Part shown: positions 49,451 through 60,495 of the stretch, in pieces
Layout: each line of letters starts with the position of its first letter
Numbering within the stretch: the stretch's first letter is position 1
NCBI GenBank assembly: GCA_964270895.1
Contig: OZ185444.1
DNA length: 64,000 nucleotides
Strand: one strand, 5' to 3'
Origin: Podarcis filfolensis
Taxonomy: Eukaryota
Program-made: the position numbers and the translations under genes
The notes under the pieces: model-generated
Seen by the model: the letters and a program-made list of their open reading frames with translations, nothing else
What the model was told of the DNA's origin: nothing
Database searches by the model: none

Positions 49451-50769
49451 TTTCTAGTCAATCAAAAGGTTATTTAGTCAACTCATAGCAATAGAAATTC
49501 AAAAGGATTTCTGCTTTTCTCCATTCTTCTAGTTGACAAGTGCCCTTCTCATTGGGTCCATGGGAAACATGGACAATTTTCATTTGAAGCTGGACTGTGC
49601 TTTCAAATTCTAGTTTTATGTGTTTGAATAAATATTTAGCCTAGCACTATATATACTTTAAATATACTGTCCTTTTTTCTGGCAAGCTGTTCCCATGCCT
49701 AAGGAATCCACTGGCCACCTGTTCTTATTACATGGTGCCTCTTACAACATTACATCTGGCTACAGTTAATAAGTCACATTATTAAATCACAAACTTTTGG
49801 TCCATTGATAACTTTCACCAGGCTCACGTGAGGAAACTTAGATTTCTGAAATCTTTGCCACTGCCCTTTTAGTAAGAACACACAGTTATTTTTCAGTGAC
49901 TTGAGGTTTTTCACCAATCACTAATAAAGGTGCTTAAAGAATAAGCCTCTCCATCATGGACACTGGCACCACAAATAAGTCAGCTGAAAAAGACTGGCAC
50001 AAGTAGTAAGAGGAAAATGAGTCAAGAACCATGTGGAATGTACAAATGCTTCAGCCTTAGCTTGTTTTTGTTGGAAATGCCACAGGAGGGATCATTCAGT
50101 TTGTTACTTAAGGGTTAATTATGTTCGTGTTAAAGTCCATTAGCCAAGAGTGGGATGCATGGGGGTTCTTCTTAGCAACCAAGCAGAGATGCATGATCTC
50201 TAGTAAGTAGCACATGTTCTGACTGTAGTTCTGAGGGAGTTCTTTCTCTGAATCTATATTTACTATGTACCAGGTCTAAAGTAAGAAATTAAAAAACCTC
50301 TCTGTTCCTTTCTCCTGAAGTTATGCACTATTTTGTTAAGCTTCCTCAATTAAGTTTTATCATAATTTCTTTTCCCTCTGGAGTCCATCTGCATTATTTA
50401 AGTGACTTTGGCCACAGTTTCTTGTCTAGGTCAGTTCTCAATCTTAATGAAGCACAAACGAACCTTTTCCCCAAGGTTCCTTGAGAAAGTTAGAAACCCA
50501 TAATATTCATGTTGACTTTTAAAGTGTACATTTCTAGTCCTCACAGCTGAATTCATAAATCTGGCTATAAGTCAGTTTTAACAAACTGACCAAAGAAAAT
50601 GCAGAGCTGAGCCCTACATAAGCTTGACTATGCAAACTTAGTCTGCCTTGAGCAGTATAACAAATGTGCACAGCCAAACCCAGAATCAAAATCTATTTTG
50701 AGATATTTCCCAAAGACTAACCCACCCTATAAATCCTTTTTTTGGGGGTGTTATTGGGTTATTGTTTTT

Positions 50770-50837
50770 ATTTTATTTTATACGTGTTGTGATTTTTTTC
50801 TGTGAACTGCCCTGAGACCTCCGGTATAGGGCGGTAT

Positions 50838-50877
<40 letters not shown>
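50770..50877 (+). mobile_element. L2-type 3' tail with (AAT)n microsatellite
   Basis: gtgaactgccctgagacctccggtatagggcggtatatt followed by about 12 aat units. Confidence 0.7.
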
Positions 50878-52122
50878 TGGGGTATGCCCTCTCAAATTGT
50901 AAAGTTTATCAGCAGTTCTGCAGTCTGAAGCCAGATGCAGGTTTACCATCTCAGTGATAAGTTGCATTATATCTCAGAGTCCTACAGAATCCAAAAGTCA
51001 TGACAAAGTCATATTGCTTTCAATAGGCTTAAGCCTGATCTACACATGAAGCAGATAATAGAATGTTTAGGCCTGGGATGCTGCTGGAAGACAATTCCCA
51101 TCATACTTTGCCACTAACCGTGGTGTCTGGGGCTAATGGGAGCTGGAATCCAAAACAGACTCTGTAGGGCCAGAAGTTCCCTACTCCTTAGGTGGTAGGA
51201 ACTGCACCACTTCAGACTGTAGGTGGGAGATTCCAATTTTTTTGGACTGCTCTTCCATGTAAGAACTCCTTTTAGGAGGAGGACTAAGACATCATGGAGA
51301 AAGATTCCAGCCAGCTCTACTTGCTGAGCTACTTTCCTACATACAGCAATCCTCTTTGACGTTGAGGAGCATTTCAAAACATGATTCCCTCCCCACAGAT
51401 GAAGCTGTGGCAGGTGAATCCCCAGCCCTTTTCACAATTCACATCAGTTCTTATGTCAGAGTTGCCTTGTCTTCCTTGGAGATGGCGTTTTTACTTTCCA
51501 AAGCTCCAAGGCAATAATAGAGAATGCAGCTGCTCTGCCTTCTGCTCAGACACGCATTCTGTGGGTGGAACAGCATAAAGGGACAGGTGGCAAGAGGCAC
51601 ACCTGACTTCATCCGCTGAAGGCCTCAGAGCACTTAAATCAACCACTGCCAGGTGGGGCCTGGACAACCATAGGTGTGTCCACGACTCATTTTTGTAACC
51701 TGATATTTTTAGATACAGGTGGGCAACTTTCCAGTAAATGACTAGACAGGCATTTTTTAAATTATTTGCTAAATATTTGTTTGACCTTGGTGAAAGCCAT
51801 AGGAAAGGAAATAACGTTCAAGGAAGCAGAAGTTAAAATGAAAAACACATTGAAATAGAATCTCCCCATGGAATGAAAGAATGAGACACCGGTTGTGAAC
51901 AGCGGGGTTTACTATTCCACAGCTCTCCCAATGCATTTGAGTAATATTTGAACCTTAAATTATCCATATGGGTAAAAGAAAAAGGAACATAAGCAAAGAG
52001 GTTGCATGGAAACTTTATGAGACATGAATCTGTTGGAATACAGTCGTATGTGTGAATTGTGTTATGAACATACTAATGAAGTTCACATATGTCTTTCATT
52101 TCAGCCAGAACATTAAATTACA

Positions 52123-52125
<3 letters not shown>

Positions 52126-52205
<80 letters not shown>
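52126..52205. repeat. Compound (GT)n(GA)n microsatellite
   Basis: About 14 GT units joined directly to about 25 GA units. Confidence 0.98.
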
Positions 52206-52208
<3 letters not shown>

Positions 52209-55200
52209 GGGCAGGAGAAAGAGAGAAAACAGAAAGTGTGTCTGCTTAATAAAAACCATGTATTTATTTACAATTCAAAGTAGAAGAGATTTGTTGCAGG
52301 TGTTTGAGACTGCCTAGTGGCAAGCATTAATTCACATGTGCTGACTTGCCACGGCCACTTCTGATGGTTTAAGATTACAGGTTTCTTTATTTCTTTGCAA
52401 AGTCAAAAAGAAAAAAGAAAGAAAAAAATCAACCCTCCTTCCTCTCACTCCCATCGAGCAGAGCACTTTTGCTCCTCAACAGGTTTCCGGTTGGAAGCTC
52501 TTCTTCCAACGCATTAAACTAATTTTCTCATTGTGAGGCTGGAGAACTCTAGTACATTCTGTGGGGGGTGGCTACCTCTGATGGAAACTTGACCCAGTTT
52601 GGAATGCTAAGGTCAACCTTACACTACAGCTCCAACAACTGCTCTACTTCCCTTTTCTCTTGAGTGCTCACCTGAAAGTGCAGGTTATGATCAAAGAGTG
52701 AGCATAACTTAACTCAAATGCTGCTCTGCCAAACCTTCTATTTTGAACCCTAAAATCAACAGAGTAACTTTTTGAGATTTTACTATCTGTGCTCCATGGA
52801 CCACAGTTGTCTTCACTGTGGATCAGCCCTGAAGTTGTTGTGTTCCATCCCAGAACATGGGAAGAGCAAAGAGTGTCTCTGATAGGGAACAGTGTCAGTT
52901 CATAATGTAACCACAGAAAATCTATACAAGAATGAATTTGACACTTAGTTTAGTCCATTTTTCCTAAGCTGTTATCTACTGGGACCATAATTTGTTCACT
53001 ATCTTCTCTTGAAAGGTTCCCCCCCCACCTCCACACACCCCTCACTGACTGCACCACAAGTGTGAATATGTGTGTACAACTGCGAAAATTCAGCATTAAG
53101 AAAACAAACCTCGGACCTCTGCATCTGGGAGAAGAAAAGTACACAAATAATGGGAAATGCATAAATAACGTATATATTTTTACGCTTTAAAATATTTATA
53201 AGCTGCCTTTTGATTTCAAGTCTCTAAGGCAGCTACTGGGACAGCATTAGTATGAGCAAAGCCGTAATAAAATAAAATGTGACAAAAGTGCTGATCTGTG
53301 TCTGCATTTGCCTTCTTCAGAGATGCAAGCTATAATCTAAGTGTTAGTAATATTTTGCTGATAGGCACATTCTGAGGACTTTTAACAAACTCTTGCTTTA
53401 TTCATGAAACGTGGAATATGGCAGCTATAAATTCTTGGCTTGAAGAAAAAAGTGTGAACATTTCAATTCCTCCCTCCTCAGACTGTGATTTCCTGTTTTA
53501 AAAGTTGCCACTTTGGTTCAGTGTGAATAAATTATCAGTTGGCAGGCCTTTACATTTCCCAACTGACTGTAACTACCTCAGAGGAAGAGTTTGACTGATG
53601 ACCAGAGAAACTCTGGCTTATAAAAAGGCACACAATTTGTCTTTGCTGCTTGTCCAATCTTTCTGCCTTTTGCTTTTCTTTGCTCTGTAGTCTCTGCTTG
53701 AAGTCACATGCCCCTTTATTTAGAGATTTCTACTATCTCCTGTGTCATAAGGGAGACATTGGTGAGGGTCAACTATGCAGTATAAGCTCATTTTGAGAGA
53801 AGTCATAAGCCAAGTGGTAACCATTATGCCATGCAGATAATTGCCTGTACATCAGTTGCAGACTTTGACTTGGTGGGGGACATGCAGTGCTTCAACCATT
53901 ACCACATGTTATCTGATATATACACAGTGTGATGTAATATAATTCACATAGCCAGCGAAAGCATATCACACATGCCTTCAGATTTGCAGAGAATTGTCTT
54001 TCAAAAGGGGGCTTGTCCCTGGAGCCTTGTGCTAACTGGACTGCGTAAGGCTCTAAAATCTATATAAATGGAGTGTAACTTTCAAGGTAAATAAAGCAAC
54101 TATAAAGAATCACAAGGGACAAAAAATAAGCCCTCTGTAAAATCTTAAATGGAAGAAGAATGACCCTGCTTTTGCTCTTATCAAAACGACGACAACAAAA
54201 ATCATGATTCTGCTATCTAAACCTAAAGGTTTGCTGAAAACTTCTATATGCCTCCAGGCTTAAGCAGGCATTAAAAAAATCTTCTGTAATAGTTAGTTGA
54301 AGCTCTTTGATTTTAAATTCTTATGTGCTCTCTCTCTCTCTGTGTGTGTGTATGTGTGTGTGTGTGTTGTTGTTGTTGTTCTTGTAAACTGCTTTTTTAA
54401 AGAATAAAAAGAGAGAATCTTAATTGAGTATTTCCAGTTCAAAGAAGAAATACAAGGCTGCATGCCATCAGTGGTAAGGATAAATAACTCTTAACTGAAA
54501 TAAAACCATATATAAAGTTAAAAAAAAAGTACATAACATTTGCTTTGATTTTTTAAAATAAAATGACAGTATGCAAGTATGGTTTTAAAATAAATAAATA
54601 GCCACAAGACTCACAGTTCCAAGTGCTGTACTTCCTCTGAAGAATAATGGTGAAAAGTCAAAGCCAAATGGCCAAGGAAAACCAGCCATGTGTTGTTTCC
54701 ACATGGGTATTATGTCTGAAGGCTACTGTTATAAACTTTGAATTCATTGATGCTGAAGAGTTGTTACATCAGTTTGGATTGGGAGCTCAGATGCCTTGAA
54801 ACTGAAAATTGACTAATATTTATTTTGATGTTCTGTTCTTCTGTGTCCCTTGGGGGGGGGGGGAATGTAATGAGTGATTATTGACAAGTATTCTACATCT
54901 GCCTCTGTTTCTGAACCCATGCATATTTCCTGCTTAGAAACAGATGGCAAAGGATAAATGGTCCAGAATAAAATCTGGATGACATAACAAGGCATGAGTG
55001 AGAAACAGAAATAATTAATGCAAAGTTAACACACCAGAACCACATTTACTGTTAAATGGAGAATTCTTTTTTTGTCTTTGTGTAGACCACTATAAACACC
55101 TTGGCTTTGAAATGTTATATTCAGCATTTGGTGTCATTTCCACCCAAAGGCTGGAATTTTTATATAAATTTCTGATTGCATAGTCAAGGAGCACACATGT

Positions 55201-56564
55201 AAACCTTTTCAGATGTGGCTTCAGAATCCACTACTTTTTGCATTGTTGTGTTTCCTACAGCTAACAGTGAGGTGTTAAGAGTAGTGGCTCAGAGGCAATA
55301 GAATTTAGCAGCAGCCCCACCACCCGAATGGAATTGCAGATATGCCACCACAATTGGGTAGCCATATTTCAAGCAGTGATAGTCAGGACAGAAAAGCTGT
55401 TTTGCCCAAACTTGTTGAGCCTTTTGGGCAAATTCACCATGGCAATGGGAGCCCCAACAGCCTCCAAACCCCAGATTAGATAAAGGCATTGCCAAGCACG
55501 TTCTAGAGCCATTCACGGCAACAGCATCCTGGGGATGTGCTTATGTTGCTGTGCTCCATCATGCCTCCATAGGCTACCCTGAAGCTGGGTGGTGGCCAAA
55601 GCTGCCTCTGGGATGTCTTAGGAATGCATCCCTGATGACTTGAACATCACTGAGCAGTAGGTGTCACTGGGTTACTGTTTTTGCTAAGCTCTCACAGTAC
55701 GAATTCACCTGGTGATAGTATGGACACAATTCTGAATAGCCCCATCTCCTCCAGCTCTGCTGTCATGCCCAGCACTAGGGTAGCTGGACCCCCTGTGCCC
55801 CCTTGCTGCCCATGCTACCAGGCACCCTTGCACTCATAAACCCTACAGAAGCCTTTATTGTTTCAGGATATTGTTCTGAGAAAGCAAATCTTGTTGCCCC
55901 ATAAGGATTACTCTTTGTGAGAATTATAAGACTTGCTTTGCTGAGATCAGACCAAAAGTCTATCAAGTCCAACAAGGGCTTGGCTCCTAAGTATCTCCTC
56001 CCTATCCCAAACCATTCTCAACAGCAGCATCCCCTAATACCTTGGATCAGATTTTCAGACGGTGCAGAAGAAACTTGGATACATGGAAGATCTATTCTTT
56101 GAACTATGTTTCATTCATGAAAGAAATGTTTAGGCCCTAAGCTAGGTACCTATGGGAAGAGCACAATCATTGCATGAATGAAAAGGACACTCTTGTTTGT
56201 CTCAAGAGATGAGTATCCAGTTACATACTTCCTTGATTCTCATCCTAATAACCCATGTTTATTTCTGGGTGGGAAACCTATTATAAATGATAATATATTA
56301 CATACCACTAAAACATTCTGAAGGCTGCTGAGCCTTTACATGAATAATATATTGATAGTTTTTCAAGCAAAATTGAGAAAGTGCTGTTAGATCAATGGCA
56401 GAACACATTATTTGAGTCCAAATTTTAGTCCTTGGCATCTTCAGCCAAAAGGATCTTGAGTAGCAGGGCTGGCCAAGAGTCCTCCCTAAGACCTTGAAAA
56501 GCCACTGCTAGCCAGAATACATGATCTAAGGCTAGATGGGCTGCTGGACCGGTGATGTATAACA

Positions 56565-56730
56565 TGTTGTTGTTTAGTCATGTCCGACTCTTCATGACCC
56601 CATGGACCAGAGCACACCAGGCACTCCTGTCTTCCGCTGTCTCCTGCAGCTTGGTCAAACTCATGCTGGTAGCTTCGAGAACACTGTCCAACCATCTCGT
56701 CCTTTGTCGTCCCCTTCTCCTTGTACCCTC
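56565..56730 (-). mobile_element. Short BovB 3' fragment
   Basis: Minus strand encodes EGTRRRGRQRTRWLDSVLEATSMSLTKLQETAEDRSAWCALVHGVMKSRT, followed by a (caa) tail. Confidence 0.93.
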
Positions 56731-57757
56731 AAGGTTGATATAATTATTTGCCTCGAAACAGTGCTTCAGTTGATATATGATTGGCTCCTGATTGGCTGAT
56801 TTTCAAACCAGTGGGTAGTGGGATAACCCAGCCACCTTTGCAGCTCTCCGGAAAATCCCCCCTGCAGCTGGCCTTGTGATGGGTAGGCCTTTATTCTGTG
56901 AGGCCAGAGGACTGACATGACAGGCCACAACTACAGCCCACCTGGATGCTGGGTAAGCAGCCAGTTCTGTTATAGTTTTTCACAATCAGGAGTGGACTGG
57001 CAGCAGTGCAGACTTTTGACCCCATGACAGAATTTGTAGTTCCGGCACTGCTTAGTCAATAACTTTATTCAGTATGCGGTCAAGGATTTCGGTTTTCTGT
57101 TTTTGTCATTTGTTATGGCAATGTTACATTGCATTAACAAAGCTGAATTCAGGAGATCAACCCACTAAGCAAGTCAGAAGTTATGCTGCTTATTATCCAA
57201 ATGACAGTCCTGCGTGTTCCAGGAAGCATCCTGCTGAGATTTTTTTTTTACCTGTTATTAAAGGTATTTTCATTGACATCCCAGCAACGAAAGCCGTAAT
57301 TAACTCAGAAAGAATGGCTAAAACAACCACAACACACCACCAAGAGGTAAAAACCTTCCAAAGGCCACTGTACCTTGAAAGAGAGGGGGGAAAGTCACAG
57401 TAGGAATGAAAACATGCAGTTGTTTCCTGCAGGAAGGAATCTGCCCACTAGAACTAGTTTCCTGGCCAGCTGGGGGGGGGGGGAATTGGCATGGTGATGT
57501 GTCCATTGCTCTGCACAAGGATCTGTTTAATATTATGTGCATTCCAACTTGCCAACGATTCATGAATCCTTTACTCTTATTCACATTCTGTATAAACTTA
57601 GTGTAGAAAAATAAAAAAGTAATAACATTTGTCCATCCAGAGTTGGCAATTTATTTTCATATTCATCAACATCCATTTTAACCTCACCTCACAATCTCCA
57701 GCTATTATGAAATTAATGCATAAGGTACTTTCCCCCAACATTTTTGATTTTCCTATA

Positions 57758-58454
57758 CAATCATACCTCGGGTTACAGACGCTTCAGGTTGCGTGTTTTT
57801 GGGTTATGGATGCGCCGAAACCCAGAATGTCAGGGAACTGCCATCGGAGCCAAGAGTGGAGGTAAGGCTCCCCAACGATGCAGGAGAAGGGACCAGCAGG
57901 GAGAGAGAGAACACTTCCTTTGGGGAAGGAAATCGGCGTGACACCAGGAAGAAAGGGGAGCAGGGAAGGACTTCGGAGAGATGGCTTCAAGACTCTTCCA
58001 CAGAGACCAGCGGGGAGAGCCCAGGACCTCCGCTGGCCATGCCCACTCTGCGCAGAAGACTTCCGTGCAGGGAGGCTAGGCGGAGACTTGGTGTCAAAGA
58101 GCTTTTATGTTGGAAGAAGTTCAGGAAATGCCCACTGACGGATTCTGCCAGTGACTGACACAGCCACGGAGAAAGGGCTGTCCAGCCAGGGAAAGGTTTA
58201 GCCAGACAACGTTGCCTAGAGCAGCAGCCCCCTTACGCACGAGCAACCCCCAATTCCCTTTACACAGAAGTACCGGAACGGGTTACTTTTGGGCTTTGGT
58301 GCTCGTGCATGCACAGAAAGACTAAATCGTGTTTTGCGCATGTGCAGAAGCGCCGAATCACAACCTGCGCAGTCGCAGCACTGCTGGTTGCGGATGCTGC
58401 GGGTTGCGAACGTGCCTCCCACACGGATCATGTTCGCAACCCAAGCGTCCACTG
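57758..58454. mobile_element. Tc1/mariner (Tigger-like) MITE split by an LTR
   Basis: Termini caatcatacctcgggtt...aacccaagcgtccactg, TA-flanked. The host sequence rejoins as aaacccagaa|gtaccggaacgggtt. Confidence 0.85.
57828..58264. mobile_element. Solo LTR (437 bp)
   Basis: TG...CA termini (tgtcaggga / tccctttaca). Perfect 5-bp TSD cagaa at 57823-57827 and 58265-58269. Confidence 0.85.
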
Positions 58455-58721
58455 TATGTGTGTGTGTGTGTGCGTGTGTGTGCGCGCGCGCACACACACA
58501 CACTGTATTCTCTCTTTCTCTCTCTCTCTCTCCATTAATTTTGAATCCAATGCTGCTGTTCTGCTAACAGAACAGACTTCTGCCTATGCAATGGTACTTT
58601 CCCTTCCTCTGCTCCCTCCTGCAGCCCCCAGAGCACACCTGAAAAGGGAGGTCCTATGAGTCTGCATTTTATCATTTATTAAAATAGCTTGCTCACTTTC
58701 CACAATCTGACCTACAAAACA

Positions 58722-58843
58722 CAGTGACTAGCTACGGCTTTCCAGGGTTTCAGGCAGAGAATCTACCTGGAGATGCTGGGGACTGAACCTGGAATCTTCT
58801 GCATGCAAAGCAGCTGCTCTACAACTGAGCTACGGCCCTTCCC
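58722..58843 (-). mobile_element. tRNA-Ala(TGC)-headed SINE (Squam2-like), 5' part
   Basis: Minus strand reads gggccgtagctcagttgtagagcagctgctttgcatgcagaagattccaggttcagtccccagcatctcca and continues into the SINE body (cctgaaaccctgga). Confidence 0.8.
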
Positions 58844-59038
58844 TAGTGACCTCACTGTATGCCACAGCTTATGCAAAAAGAGACAATTAATAGATAGCAG
58901 CAGGCTAAGAAAATGAATTTCATCACAACCTCCTAGGGACTCTGTAAGCAGTAATCTCCCAGCCTTCGGGTTAAAAGTTACCTTCAAAATTTCCAGAGGT
59001 GTTTTGTTGTTGTTGCAGCTGCTAGGACACATCTAAAG

Positions 59039-59380
59039 GTAAAGGTAAAGGGACCCCTGACCATTAGGTCCAGTCGTGGCCAACTCTGGGGTTGTGGCGC
59101 TCATCTTGCTTTATTGGCCGAGGGAGCCGGCGTACAGCTTCCGGGTCATGTGGCCAGCATAACTAAGCCACTTCTGGCGAACCAGAGTAGCGCACGGAAA
59201 TGCCGTTTACCTTCCCGCTGGAGCGGTACCTATTTATCTACTTGCACTCTGACGTGCTTTCAAACTGCTAGGTTGGCAGGAGCTGGGACCGAGCAATGGG
59301 ATCTCACTCTGCCACGGGGATTTGAAGTGCCAACCTTCTGATTGCCAAGTCTTAGGCTCTGTGGTTTAACCCACAGAGCC
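59039..59380 (-). mobile_element. Sauria SINE missing about 11 nt at the 5' end, flanked by a 120-bp direct duplication
   Basis: Reverse complement of the 3304/49026 copies. Flanks at 58919-59038 and 59381-59500 are identical at 117 of 120 positions. Confidence 0.95.
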
Positions 59381-60357
59381 TTCATCACAACCTCCTAGGG
59401 ACTCTGTAAGCAGTAATCTCCCAGCCTTCGGGTTAAACGTTACCTTCGAAATTTCCAGAGGTGTTTTGTTGTTGTTGCAGCTGCTCGGACACATCTAAAG
59501 CAGTCTTAAAAACTGAATTTGCTTCTGGTTGGTGTAAGACAAGTATCCAGCATTCTACCTTCCAAAAGTTGATGGAGTACAACTCCTGTCATCCCTGTCC
59601 ATTGACTGTGCTGACTGGGGCTAATGGGAGCTGGAGACCAAAAGCCATCTGGAGGGCTCCACCTTGGCTATCCATTATAACCTATTTTGAGTCTAAAACA
59701 TCCACTTTTTTGCACCATGTGGGCTCCAGAGTGCTCAAAATGACTGGAAGAGATCCACGATGTATTGAAATAATGCATGGGAACTTCCTGAAAAAGATGG
59801 AGAAACAATGTGTGGGAACTTCCTGAAAAAGATGGAGAATAGATTGGGCAATAGATGCGCGCAGCAGTCTGTTTTTCAGATTTCGGTTAGGCATTTTTTT
59901 TCTCCATATTTGGCAGCACTGAAGAAAATTTGCCTGGCATTTAGAAGACAAAATGCTTTGTGTGTACAAATTTTATCCAACGCTGCCAAATAAGGAAAAC
60001 ATGATGATTTTCGCATGAAAGGGTGGGCAGTTGTCATTAAAGAAATTATTCTGAAGTCTGCATGCATTGGCTGTTCAACTTCTTCACGTGGAATAAATGG
60101 AACACACATACAGATGGAAGATAGTATGAGTCTTGCTGCTCATAGATCAGGTGAGAGGCAGGTGATGTTTGACTTAGCAATTACATCCCAACAGTGCACT
60201 GATTGCTGCAGAGGACGACATCCAATGATGCCATGCTGCTCACAAACCAAATGTCCACTGGTGCAAATAGGACTTGCCCATGCTGTACCCTCCAGAGCAG
60301 GTGGGGGGCGTGGGTGTTACAGGGTGAAGGAGAGGAAAGGGGAGTTCCATTGCATCA

Positions 60358-60495
60358 CAGTGGTTCTCAACCTGTGGGTCCCCAGATGTTGTTGGACTAC
60401 AACTCCCATCATCCCTGAGCTCTGGCCTTGCTAGCTAGGGGTGATGGGAGTTGTAGTTCAACAACATATGGGGACCCACAGGTTGAGAAAGGCTG
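60358..60495. mobile_element. Palindromic hAT-type MITE with a SPIN-like left terminus
   Basis: cagtggttctcaacctgtgggtcc...ggacccacaggttgagaaaggctg with actacaactccc/gggagttgtagt arms. TSD not evident. Confidence 0.82.

Noticed and set aside
53595-53620. CTGATGA followed by a ccagag/ctctgg hairpin, resembling a hammerhead
   Set aside because: GAAA lies in the hairpin loop rather than 3' of stem II, and no stem I or III can form.
57793-58659. CpG-island-like region with several ORFs, suggesting a promoter or first exon
   Set aside because: The CpG-rich part is explained by a solo LTR inside a MITE, and the downstream ORFs run through a (tg)/(ct) microsatellite.
58768-58843. tRNA-Ala(TGC)-like cloverleaf
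   Set aside because: It runs directly into SINE body sequence, and a decayed copy of the same structure lies at 6676-6817. It is a SINE head, not a tRNA gene.
60015-60434. 139-aa ORF
   Set aside because: It runs into the palindromic MITE at 60358 and has no recognisable domain.
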